From positions 1 to 40,466 of the forward strand of contig JAQGDQ010001449.1 in NCBI GenBank assembly GCA_030141605.1: a stretch of 40,466 nt of DNA. Reading direction: 5' to 3'. Position 1 is the first letter of the stretch; the number at the start of each line of letters is the position of its first letter. The stretch is from Tubiluchus corallicola (Eukaryota > Animalia > Priapulida). Shown here one piece after another: positions 11,843 through 23,879 of this stretch. The notes under the pieces were generated by a model. The model saw only the letters and a program-made list of their open reading frames with translations, made no database searches and was not told where the DNA came from. The position numbers were made by a program, and so were the translations under genes.

Positions 11843-12083
11843 CATCACTTATATAACATTCGAAGTTGGTAATTCATTTAAATTATGAACATTACGGTGA
11901 CATGTTTTTTTTGTGCTATAATTCTTGACAAGTTTTAATAAACCAAGTCACTAAAACTAATAAAACTCTTCTAAATGGTATGACAGTTAGTATACCACCT
12001 TACCGAATGCACATTTTTTCCTTTTATTTTTTACTACAAAATGCAAATGTAGTTTTCTAAAATACACAATCAAAATATTTAAC

Positions 12084-12242
12084 CTTCTTAATCCAGTTGT
12101 TTGCAGAAATGATCATCCACTGAAACCAAAATGCAATGACAACTAGCAAAAGAATAGTCACTAACACAGTAACATTCATTCTAGGTGGAACGGTGAGAAA
12201 ATATGACTGGTTGTCACTAGCTGGACGAGGATCTGTGTCCAT
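12084..12242 (-). CDS. Uncharacterised membrane protein, first coding exon (TM1)
   Basis: ATG at 12242 with an in-frame TAA upstream and an acceptor ttttctttcag| at 12299, implying a 5'UTR intron. Encodes MDTDPRP...VTVLVTILLLVVIAFWFQWMIISANNWIKK, then |gttaaa, phase 0. Confidence 0.65.
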
Positions 12243-13279
12243 TGTTGAGTCAGTGGTCAGTTGTTATTGCACCTGTGTTGAACTGGACGATTTATTAACT
12301 GAAAGAAAAACAGATTGTTTGTTGTTATAATTTGGTACCAACCTGCAAAATCAAGTAAAATATATTTGTGCGCTTGCAAACCAAAACTGTCCATAAGTTG
12401 GCATAGTTAAAATTACGTTATGATGCTTCAAGTAGAATGCACCAAAAAACTGGTCAAATGTTAATTTTTTGTTTTTTTTTATAAAAACAAATGCTAAATA
12501 TATTTTACTTTTATATTCCAGCATCAAATTGTCAAAGAAATGTTGAAAACACACTAGAAATCTAATTTTATAACCCCACACCTACTTTTCTGACTATAAA
12601 CTAGTTACTGTAATTCTAAAAAACTTGTATTTTCAAACTTTGATAATTTTGCTCTGTTTTTTTCTCTTGCCAAGCCCAGATCTTTGTCAAGAAGAACCAT
12701 CTACTGGATTTATACATAACTTCAATGTACTCTTGTAAAGTTCATGGTAATCATACTTTTGTACGGTTGCTAAGTGTTTTGTAGCGACGAGACAAAAACA
12801 AAGGCTGACATTAACAGTGATTTTCTCAAGTTTATGTTTTCAGTGTGCAGCCTGCACCTCAACTTCAATGTGGATTATCTGAGCTTAGAAATAACATAGA
12901 GTGATGAGCTTGGTATTAAAATGATCCTTATGAAATGGAGATTCATCGTGTGTGAATAACACGAAAAGATTAACAGCTGATTTATGGACAATCACACATT
13001 TAAAACCATTCTAAAAATGCACTGTACAAAATGACAACTTACATTTTAAATTATAAGTGTAAACATTTATAACACAAAATGGACTGGAAATCAAAGAGTT
13101 TTTGACATTATACCCTAACCCTAACCCTAACCACATCAGAGACTACTTGTCAAGCTAAGAGCTTATAGAATAGGTAGCAAAGTCATACGTTAGGCAGAAG
13201 AACTTTTGTGTAATGGAAGGCAAAATGTCATGATGAATTGAAGTGAGTAAAATTTTCAAAATGTTCTAAAGTGCCCTTT

Positions 13280-14090
13280 GAAATTGGTCCATGCCTTTCT
13301 CTTTTATTCCTTAATGACCTGCCAGATCAAATGCCTGCGACTGTGAAGCTTTTTGCGGCTGATACAAAAATGTATAGCCCACTAGATAGTGATCAATGAA
13401 TGGTTCAGTTTCAACAGGACATTAACACTCTTGCTGATCGGTCTAAATGATCAATTTATGGCAATTGAAGTTTAATACTGAGAAAAGTAAACTGATTCGT
13501 ATGGGTTATAATAATCAAAAATGCACTTATGCCGCGCAAGATTATAAAACCATTAGTGGTGACAAAGTTTGAAACACACTTGGGTTTCACAATCATACAA
13601 GCTCGGGGTAAACAAAACCAATAAAATTCTAGGAGCTGTCAAACATACATTCACGTATAAAAACAGTGAAATGGTTTTGATCAGATAATCAAAACTCTTA
13701 TTAGGCCACACCTAGAATGCTAATGTTGTTTGGAGACCAAGGTGTGTGGGAGATGCTCAACTCGTAGAAAATGTTCAAGAAAGGGCTACCAAGCTGGTTC
13801 CTCATTTAGTAACTTGGACCACACAGAAATATTATGAAAATTAAACATTCAATCTTTACAACGTAGACACCAACGAAGTGACATGCTTTGGGTTTTAAAA
13901 AAATATCACTAAAATTGACGTTTTGGACGAGTCATCCTTCATGTGGAATGCAGGAACTCCAGCACTGGATGTTAGAATTATGTCTTCAACAATCGAGTAG
14001 CCAATAGCTGGGATGGTTTAAGCAGCAAAACAGTAACATCTAAGTCAATAAATGAATTTATAAGAAATGTGGAAATGACTAGAATCACAA
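13280..14090 (+). mobile_element. Degenerate CR1-type LINE reverse transcriptase/3' fragment
   Basis: Broken frames give LLFLNDLPDQ..VKLFAADTK, WQLKFNTEK, KTLIRPHLE, ENVQERATKLVP, SLQRRHQRSDM and FNNRVANSW. Confidence 0.8.
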
Positions 14091-14729
14091 AAAATTCTTT
14101 GTACTGTACACACACTAGATGCCATTAAAGGCATTAGAGGTGGTCTACGGGTCTACATTTAGCCTTTCACTGATGTGAAAATTGACGGAAGAGCGAGAGA
14201 GCTTAACGTGTGCACCATCTTCTAAACGACGTCCAGGTTTCCGCTTAGCTTTGATTAATAGCAAGAAAGCAATTGAAACAAACTCAAGGTTAAAGAAATC
14301 GGTCACCTACAGGAAGCAAAAATATAAAACGTTCAATTATGAAAATGTTAGTCTTGCACTCTTGCTTCGGTTTCAGAATTTGCTTATTTCCATGGTGATA
14401 GCGTTGCAGGCTTGCACAACAAAGACCTTTAGGTTAAAACTTCGCTAATTTAATTCAATTTATTTTACTTTCTGTTCCCAACGGCAAAACCACTGGCAAA
14501 ATAATTTTGTATTAAATAAACAAGAAACTATGGCAAATAATACAAAACAAATAAGGCATGCGTACACCCGTCTATATAAACAGAGAAACAAGCCTATAAA
14601 AACTAAATTAAAATGCTATGTTTTAATTATCCCTAATAATTTATTTATAAACTTAAATTCATTATTAATTTTTCAATTGTGGAGACGCATTCTTATAAGC
14701 TTTGTGAAACCACTTTAGCACTTGCTGTC

Positions 14730-15160
14730 CTACCAATTGCAATCGCCCATGTTTCTATATTTTTTGGCATTTAAGTAAAAATGGTGTGTTAATGAGATCT
14801 TTTTGGATGAAAATAATGTAATTCAGCAACTGTCCTCCTCACTCACTGCATGTCATCTGCCAGTAGTATAACAAGTTTCTCAACTTTTTTTCATCATTAC
14901 AGACCGTGCATTCATCTGCTTAACTTCATTGTGCAGATCCTGATTTGAAATTTATTATCTTTTTTGGCCGTTCTGTTATTCAAATGTTAATGCAGTTTCT
15001 TCGTTGATAAGCTCGTTCTTAACAGAATCAGAAAGTCTCCAAATTCTCGAGTGCTTGGGGTGTGGAATTAAGACTCACAAACAAATTTAGAGTGAAAAGA
15101 AGTGACCACCGTTCACAGGGCCACTGGCCACAGCATATCCCACAAACATTTCACTTAACT
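14730..15160 (-). mobile_element. Possible MULE-type transposase C-terminal remnant
   Basis: Fragments PCERW and KHSRIWRLSDSVKNE resemble the CExWH...HPxIWxF motifs, but the region is highly decayed. Confidence 0.25.
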
Positions 15161-16139
15161 ATAGGTGATCTAGATAAAATAGATCTTTGTGTAGAACTGT
15201 AGAAACTGAAACAACATTGGGCAGGCAGAATTCTAAAATTAAAGAAGTCAATCCTGACTGGTAAGACTGAACTAATGAATCCACTACAGCTTGCAAAAAA
15301 TGATGTTGCTTAAAGAGACATAAAAAGATAAATAATTTTCCCTAAAAGTAAACAAATTGTAACAAATTTTCAGATAACATTTTTATTAATTTAATACAGT
15401 GATAAATATTAGCTAGCATCATAAAGTTGCGACCTTCTTTTATTTTCCTTGTTAGATTAAGCAAAACAGAAGCGCACAGAAGTGACACAAAACAGTGAAA
15501 AACAAATGGGTGTAATGATAATTGTTCTATAAGACACAATGGATTAAGCATACCGTGAGAGTTTAATTACAGATAATTATAAATGAAAATGCAGTAAGAG
15601 TAAAACAATTTACTGGCTGTCAACTTATGTGTTCTAATCTCATTGACTACAAACTCCACAGCTCAACTTTAAAATTATGCACCCAACACTTACCGATACT
15701 GTAGTCATTAATTTGCTGTAATACTATCACCAACACCCCAAAAAGTCTAGCATGTGATGAGCAAAATGCATCACTTAATTCATCAGTAACTTATTAAAAT
15801 AAGTGGAAAAATACCAGATTCATAGTGACATTATTTAGGAAGCACGTTGCCTTTATAAAAAAATTAAATTATTTATAGCAAATGCAATAAATTCTATAAC
15901 CATAGTCTAGACTTAAGTTCAGCTAGACTTAAGTTACAAAGATGTAAGTTTACATAATAAAATCGTGGAAAATGTTTATTGTTGTTGCAGAGTCCGTTTT
16001 TTCCATGTAGAAGCCACACTGCAATGGAAGCGTAGTCACCAATGACTGGCAATTTTATTCTTGACCAACAAAGTCCATAATTTCCGCAGTTCAGCTCCCA
16101 AAAAATTACTTCATTTACCACTAAAATCTCACACATGTA

Positions 16140-16306
16140 TTAGGAGGTTTTTGCTTGATTTGCTGCTTGTTGAGCTTGCCGTATTTGTTCTAGAAAAGCT
16201 GGATCAACTGCAACCCAGGAAATGATGTTCCTCTCTCCTACGAATTCTCCAACTGGAGACTTGATATTTGGGGGCAACAGCGCCAAGTACAAAGGAGTAT
16301 CCGCAC
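16140..16306 (-). CDS. CBR1: Carbonyl reductase (SDR), exon 8 (last)
   Basis: tatttag| acceptor, phase 1. Encodes GADTPLYLALLPPNIKSPVGEFV...KTS* (compare CBR1 GAETPVYLALLPP). Confidence 0.9.
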
Positions 16307-16696
16307 CTAAATAGTAAAATTTATTGTAAGTGTTAATTTTCAAGAACCAATACCTTCCGCGTCTATTTTCAATGTGATGCTATGCATTGTGTCTAACGGG
16401 TGTGTCTTTTGACTCATGCCAAGGAGCAGAAGGCCATCTTTTTCGCACATGCCAATGTATAAGTTCTTAACATGAGGGGGCCGACTGTTAAAATTATTTT
16501 AGTTAATATGGAGGGCTAGGAAATTTAGATGTTCAAATTAATAGGTGATGCAAAATTTCAAAGCTTTTTGAGCTCTCTGTAAAAATTCGTCTAATCTTGT
16601 GTTTAAATTAAATTAGGTAACATTAAAAGGAGCAATTACCACGGTACAAAACAGCTGCCTTCTAAGTCTGAGTAGTAAAATACATAATTATAATAC

Positions 16697-16760
16697 CTTC
16701 ATCGATTGTTTTCTGCCCGCCGTGACTTGACATATCTGTAGCCACTAATCCTGGACAACA
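16697..16760 (-). CDS. CBR1: Carbonyl reductase, exon 7
   Basis: Encodes CCPGLVATDMSSHGGQKTIDE with flanking AG/GT (compare CCPGWVRTDM). Confidence 0.9.
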
Positions 16761-17834
16761 CTATTAAAAAAACAATAATTATTACGAAACAAACACCGGG
16801 TTCTGTTATGACGTGTGAAGTGAAGTCATCTTTGCGAAAACATCCAGCAATTTCAGATAATTTTGTGACCCTTGATTCGATATTTTAACTTTAATGTTTT
16901 TGCAAAATACCAACTGATGAACAGAAAATAAAAAAAAAACGGCTGTTTTCATTATCTCTGTATTGATGTAGCTTTGTGTTTCTTACAAAATGAGAATTTT
17001 CAAGTACCCCTAGCTATAAATTAATGCAACTTAATTTCATAATTGTACTGATTACAAACCAATATGTGTATAATACATGCTTTCAATTGTGTACAACGAA
17101 ATTGTTATTGTCATTTCCAATGAATTTATTTTTCACAATTTTTTATTTTCTAATTTTATGGTTATACAATTGTGACATACTGTGGTATGTACAACTTCAG
17201 ATATCATTTATGACATTTTATGATAAAGAATAAACGGATTTTTTGGTATTACGGAATAAATGCTTTCTTTTATTTGGACTGAGCACATCACAGTGCATCA
17301 CATGTGGATAAAAATAATAAAACAAAATATTATAAAGCCTTTTCACACCAATCGTTCAAGCCAAGGTCATTTTATCCAGAATTACAGGAGAATCGTAGTA
17401 GTTTAGTTAGAAAAGGGACACAGGCGTTCTTTGCGCCTAACCGCCATTTTGTAAGAACGTGTAGAAATTGTACAAATAAATACAAATAAACTTACAAACA
17501 GAAACAAAACAAATTACCATGACCCTGATTAATTAGAATCCATGGCAGGGAATGATATTTTACCAACATATAGATCCATAATCAATGCAGCAGACCATCC
17601 GTCAATGAGCATCGTCACATCGAGGAACCATGAGCCTAGCCATCATGGTACGTGCATCGAAATCATAGCTGTACAGAGATTGTTTGTGGTGGCTTATACA
17701 TTGCAGATTTCTCTATTCTAATGTGTTTGGCAAAAACAACGGCCCTGCAACTCCAAACGACTTTGTAGGCTCTGTACCTCTAGGATTCGTCAAAATGTCT
17801 CAACAATACACAATTCTCACACAATCAGCTTCTT

Positions 17835-20068
17835 ATAACACCGAGTTGCAGCAGTTTCCCCAGCAACAGATGTGGTTTCAGCAGCCAATCATAACACCGA
17901 GTTGCAACAGTTCCCCTAGCAACAGACGTGGACTCAGTAGCCAATCATAACACCGAGTTGCAGCAGTTTCCCCAGCAACAGATGTGGACTCAGCAGCCAA
18001 TCATAACACCGAGTTGCAGCAGTTCCCCCAGCAACAGATGTGGACTCAGTAGCCAATCATAACACCGAGTTGCAGCAGTTCTCCCAGCAACAGATGTGGA
18101 CTCAGCAGCCAATCATAACACCGAGTTGCAGCAGTTCCCCCAGCAACAGATGTGGACTCAGTAGCCAATCATAACACCGAGTTGCAGCAGTTCCCCTAGC
18201 AACAGATGTGGACTCAGCAGCCAATCATAACACCGAGTTGCAGCAGTTTCCCCAGCAACAGATGTGGACTCAGTAGCCAATCATAACACCGAGTTGCAGT
18301 AGTTCCCCCAGCAACAGACGTGGACTCAGCAGCCAATCATAACACCGAGTTGCAGCAGTTTCCCCAGCAACAGATGTGGACTCAGTAGCCAATCATAACA
18401 CCGAGTTGCAGCAGTTCCCCCAGCAACAGATGTGGTTTCAGCAGCCAATCATAACACCGAGTTGCAGCAGTTCCCCCAGCAACAGACGTGGACTCAGCAG
18501 CCAATCATAACACCGAGTTGCAGCAGTTCCCCTAGCAACAGACGTGGACTCAGCAGCCAATCATAACACCGAGTTGCAGCAGTTCCCCCAGCAACAGACG
18601 TGGACTCAGCAGCCAATCATAACACCGAGTTGCAGCAGTTCTCCCAGCAACAGATGTGGACTCAGCAGCCAATCATAACACCGAGTTGCAGCAGTTCCCC
18701 CAGCAACAGATGTGGTTTCAGCAGCCAATTATAACACCGAGTTGCAGTAGTTCCCCCAGCAACAGATGTGGACTCAGTAGCCAATCATGACACCGAGTTG
18801 CAGCAGTTCTCCCAGCAACAGATGTGGTTTCAGCAGCCAATTATAACACCGAGTTGCAGCAGTTTCCCCAGCAACAGATGTGGACTCAGCAGCCAATCAT
18901 AACACCGAGTTGCAGCAGTTCCCCTAGCAACAGATGTGGACTCAGCAGCCAATCATAACACCGAGTTGCAGCAGTTCCCATAGCAACAGATGTGGACTCA
19001 GCAGCCAATCATAACACCGAGTTGCAGCAGTTTCCCCAGCAACAGATGTGGACTCAGCAGCCAATCATAACACCGAGTTGCAGCAGTTCTCCCAGCAACA
19101 GATGTGGACTCAGCAGCCAATCATAACACCGAGTTGCAGCAGTTCCCCCAGCAACAGATGTGGACTCAGCAGCCAATCATAACACCGAGTTGCAGCAGTT
19201 CCCACAGCAACAGATGTGGACTCAGCAGCCAATCATAACACCGAGTTGCAGCAGTTCCCACAGCAACAGATGTGGACTCAGCAGCCAATCATAACACCGA
19301 GTTGCAGCAGTTCTCCCAGCAACAGATGTGGACTCAGCAGCCAATCATAACACCGAGTTGCAGCAGTTCCCACAGCAACAGACGTGGACTCAGTAGCCAA
19401 TCATAACACCGAGTTGCAGCAGTTCCCACAGCAACAGATGTGGACTCAGCAGCCAATCATAACACAGAGTTGCAGCAGTTCCCCTAGCAACAGACGTGGA
19501 CTCAGTAGCCAATCATGACACCGAGTTGCAGCAGTTCCCCTAGCAACAGATGTGGACTCAGCAGCCAATCATAACACCGAGTTGCAGCAGTTCCCACAGT
19601 AACAGACGTGACTCAGCAGCCAATCATAACACCGAGTTGCAGCAGTTCCCCCAGCAACAGACGTGACTCAGCAGCCAATCATAACACCGAGTTGCAGCAG
19701 TTCTCCCAGCAACAGATGTGGACTCAGCAGCCAATCATAACACCGAGTTGCAGCAGTTCCCCTAGCAACAGATGTGGACTCAGCAGCCAATCATAACACC
19801 GAGTTGCAGCAGTTCCCCCAGCAACAGATGTGGACTCAGCAGCCAATCATAACACCGAGTTGCAGCAGTTCCCCCAGCAACAGACGTGACTCAGCAGCCA
19901 ATCATAACACCGAGTTGCAGCAGTTCCCCCAGCAACAGACATGGACTCAGTAGCCAATCATAACACCGAGTTGCAGCAGTTCCCCCAGCAACAGACGTGA
20001 CTCAGCAGCCAATCATAACACCGAGTTCGAGCAGTTCCCATAGCAACAGATGTGGACTCAGCAGCCAA
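17835..20068. repeat. 56-bp tandem array, 40 copies, inside CBR intron 6
   Basis: Unit ATAACACCGAGTTGCAGCAGTTCCCCCAGCAACAGATGTGGACTCAGCAGCCAATC; four copies are 55-bp variants. Confidence 0.97.
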
Positions 20069-20873
20069 GCAAAAATCCTTTTCTCGACGAAATTTCACTG
20101 ATACTTTAAAGACCACAAATGAATCATCCTGGTCTTCTTTCAAGAAAGCAGATAAAAGAAACGAAAATCACTTTCCTTGAGACGACAATTAATTACAGAC
20201 GGACTTGATGCGTATCAATTTAGTGAACAACAGGATTACCAAAAATTGCTGGAAAAACGTTTTCCCTTTTATAGCGGTTTTATCCTTAGTGTCAGTAATA
20301 ATGAATTCAGAGTTCAATGAATCCCAGAGGAGCAAAAATTTACCTGTGCTTAACCACTGAAGTCGTGTGGCGGAATGTTGCTATCAAAAAACGGGAAGGG
20401 AGAGGTATTGAAGGATGGGAATGAACCCAATCATAACACAGAGCAAAAGTGAACATTTCACTGCGCTAAAAATTAAAATGGTGTACAAGATGATCTCCAT
20501 CATAAGCTTAGCACTTCTAGCGCCATTAATTAGAGAATGTGCCAGCTTTGTCTCAAACACCAAGACGACAAGAATAAATTTAACAACTTTATTGTAACTC
20601 GCAAAGCAACGAGGTTGTAACTAGAAAGACGAGCGCAACCCGAAAACAAAGAAGTTGAAAACAAAAGGGCAACATTGCAAAAGGGATAAAGTTGATAATA
20701 CTAACAACACTCATGTATACTGGCGTAGGGCAGCTACGACGTGACAACAATTACGGGAACTGGTATACGTGAACCTTAACTTTTTAAAATATTAAGTTTT
20801 TACTAGTGAATTTACTTACCTCAAATGTTTAGGGTCTACTGAAGAAGTAAAAAGTTAACTAAAAGTCACTTAC

Positions 20874-21015
20874 AGCATTCAGGACAATGTCTTTACGTGA
20901 ATCTTTCTTGAACTCCCGTGCATGGACAAAGCTCAATGCTGTCACAAAAACTTTTGACATTCCGTAACAGGTCATCTTCCATCCATTTTCTTTCTGCCTT
21001 CCATTTTTCACATCT
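20874..21015 (-). CDS. CBR1: Carbonyl reductase, exon 6 (catalytic YxxxK)
   Basis: Encodes DVKNGRQKENGWKMTCYGMSKVFVTALSFVHAREF...IVLNA, then |gtaagt. Confidence 0.9.
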
Positions 21016-21559
21016 CTGTCAGTGTTAAGATCTTAGTTTAGTGACTGGATATTTCAATTAAAATGAATACATTACTTGTTCTAACTTTTTATGGCAGATT
21101 GAAAAGGTACAGATATAACGCCAGGAAAGCAGCAATGCTAGCCTAGATTTTTTAACTTTTTTATTTTACTCTGCACCTTATTGCCAAGAAGCTGGTGTTT
21201 ATAAATCCAAATTTATTCAGTCACGAGTAAGCCATTCAGTGGTTAGCCAATTAGGCAACTAGTCACTTGAAGTTTTTTTGGTGGACTTGTAGTTGAACTG
21301 ACTAATATATATAATTTGCTATATAATTTGCACTAATTCGAATAAGATTAACTTGCCTTAGCGTTACATTAATTTGTGAAGCCATCACTATGCTATCACT
21401 AATAAAGCACTGCAATCAATAGCGCCACTAACACTAAACGTCATCACATGTACAACTAAACTGTATTCAACCAATCTCGCAACCTCAAATTACACTGCTT
21501 CAGTGTGAGCAAGTTCATTAGAAAATAAAAAAATAAAAAAGTGTGTTTTAGACACTAAC

Positions 21560-21685
21560 TGCACAAACTGATTTGCGAGGTTTACTACAGTTTCTTCAGT
21601 GAGATCAGGCGAGAGGAGTTGCTTTCTAATTTTCTCATTTGTAAGACCATCGAGAGTTCCGACTCTGCTTGAAACATTCACAACC
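21560..21685 (-). CDS. CBR1: Carbonyl reductase, exon 5 (catalytic Ser region)
   Basis: Encodes VVNVSSRVG...DLTEETVVNLANQFV; phases match both neighbours. Confidence 0.9.
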
Positions 21686-22720
21686 CTAAAAAGGAAAGCT
21701 TTCAAAATCGCTCAAGACAAATAGGCAAGTAATATAATTTCTCAGAATCAAGATATTGTGTTATTCTTAAAATAAGCACAGAAAAACAGATTTCATTAAC
21801 ATTAGTTTTAACACAAATTTGTCTGTTTTATTTGTACCAAACTAAATGAAAAAATTAATATAGGTAAAATACAACAGGAAAAAACGGCACGGTAAAAATG
21901 GCACAAGAAAAATGGCACAAATGGGAAGTAGGTAAGTATGGCACTAAGTAGTTACACTTCATTTTTTCTGTGTAATTTTTAGCTGTGTCGTTTCTACCAT
22001 GCACCGAAAAACTGGTTGTTCAGAATGAAAATCAAGGCTTGCCAAGACTAATACTGATACCGTAAAATTTTTTAAGAAATCTCGAGAAACACGAAGAACT
22101 GAAATTAAGAATTTAAACAATAAAAGTGAAATCTTACAACGGCGCGTAGATATGGGTTTGGGAGTTTTGAGATCCTATATGAAACGTAAATTGTGAGTTG
22201 ATTGTCTGATTTAAATGTGTTAACAAATGCAGACATCCACACCACAATAAAAATTAAAGGCATAAGGTTTCAGTCATACTCGGTCATTGTTTTATATGTT
22301 ATTATCGCAGTGCAGTCTATAAAATTTCATTCAAATCTCGTTTATGGCTACAAAATCTGTATTTCACAGCGATCCAGGAAGGCTGAAACGTTATCAATGA
22401 AATATCTTCAACTTGAATAGATTTAAGCTACACGCGTAACTATGCTGTTTGCAGGTGTCTAAACAAGGCTTAACTAGTGAATAAACACGGCAAAATAAAT
22501 ATGTGCAAGATCTGCACCTTTAAATAATTTTTATTAAGGGTACGAAACTAATGAAAGAGTGCTGAAGATATTGGTATTACGTGCAATGAATAAGGTTTGA
22601 AAGACCTGCTAAGTTTCAGAAAATATCTGTATAACGACAGACATTAAGACAAAATAACGTTGATAGTAATAATTTGTTGTCATTTGATTAAGTTGTCATC
22701 TGTATGAAAACACCACATAC

Positions 22721-22833
22721 CTTGCATGAGGCTGAAGTAACGGAAAAAGTGCTTTGCACACATTTATAGTCCCAAATGAGTTAATATTTAATGTAACTTC
22801 TGCTTGCTCAGACATGGTGGCAGTCGTATTTTC
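22721..22833 (-). CDS. CBR1: Carbonyl reductase, exon 4
   Basis: Encodes ENTTATMSEQAEVTLNINSFGTINVCKALFPLLQPHA(R). Confidence 0.9.
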
Positions 22834-23122
22834 CTGAAATTATCAAAAAGAGGTAAAACTAAACCAGCACATTTAACTATTGCAATTTTCTGGTTTGTAA
22901 AGATTCTGAGTAAGTCAACGTTTTTTTATTGAACAATAAAGTGATCATTTATCTAACCAACACGCTACTGCTAATAAATCATTCATAAGTTAAAAGAATC
23001 TGAGACAGTAAAGCTTAAAATTTAACAGCAACTATTATATTTACTTGTCTATCTATACATTTCTTTTTATTTATTTTTTGGTCTTTGTTATTTTATAATA
23101 ATTTAAGTACAAAATCTCACAC

Positions 23123-23301
23123 CTTATATGCAAACCCGGCATTGTTTACCAATATATCTAAACCACCATATTTCTCTAATAAAAACTTCTTCAGTCGTTC
23201 AATGCTCTCTTTGTCTTCAACATCAAGTTGATGAAACTTTGCTTTCAATCCTTCCTTGATTAGTTCTTCTACTGCACTTTTGCCACGTGACTCGTCTCTT
23301 G
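23123..23301 (-). CDS. CBR1: Carbonyl reductase, exon 3
   Basis: Encodes ARDESRG...FHQLDV...YGGLDILVNNAGFAYK, including the NNAG motif. Confidence 0.93.
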
Positions 23302-23561
23302 CTGTGATAAAAGCAACATTTAGAGAGTAAAGTGTGAAAACTTCAGGCCCTTTTAAAAGACACTATGAAAATAACATACTGCAAATGGATACTGCAAGAA
23401 CGCATTATTTAATTTAGAACTGAAATTAGATGTGAGAAAGACTTTAAATGTGGGCAACGCACGCCTAATCACAAGAGTTGGCAAACCTCCTAATCCCATT
23501 AGATTAATCAGCAAATTCAGTTTAGAAAACAAACTCTAAAATATGTAAATAACTATTTTAC

Positions 23562-23643
23562 CTGTTAAGAACACATCTCCCTCAAACTTTTTGCAAAGAC
23601 CTCGAACAATCGCGTAACCTATTCCTTTGTTTGCACCAGTTAC
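23562..23643 (-). CDS. CBR1: Carbonyl reductase, exon 2 (Rossmann fold TGxxxGIG)
   Basis: Encodes VTGANKGIGYAIVRGLCKKFEGDVFLT. Confidence 0.93.
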
Positions 23644-23864
23644 CTGTAAACAAGAACACATAAATAATCGTTAAACAACATTCCTTCAACTTTTTCAGAT
23701 TAAAAGAACGAGTTGTTATGGAGCTTCACACAATTTTACAAATTGCATTAAATGTTTGTACTTCCTGCATATCGAAGACAGACAATCATTTTAAAAATGC
23801 CAGCACAGTTCGACGAACATAGTTTAATTCATTGGATTGAAAAACACAGTTATTATCAACTTAC

Positions 23865-23879
23865 CACGGCTACTCTCAT
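23865..23879 (-). CDS. CBR1: Carbonyl reductase, exon 1 coding part
   Basis: Encodes MRVAV, then |gtaagt. The 8 exons sum to 888 nt, giving 295 aa plus stop. Confidence 0.8.

Noticed and set aside
13113-13130. (CCCTAA)3 telomere-like repeat, and the G-rich tract at 24580-24622
   Set aside because: Too short or degenerate to indicate a telomere or fusion; such motifs are common in repeat remnants.
17835-20068. CRISPR-like array (also considered for 1992-3287)
   Set aside because: Units abut directly with no unique spacers, there are no cas genes, and the context is eukaryotic.
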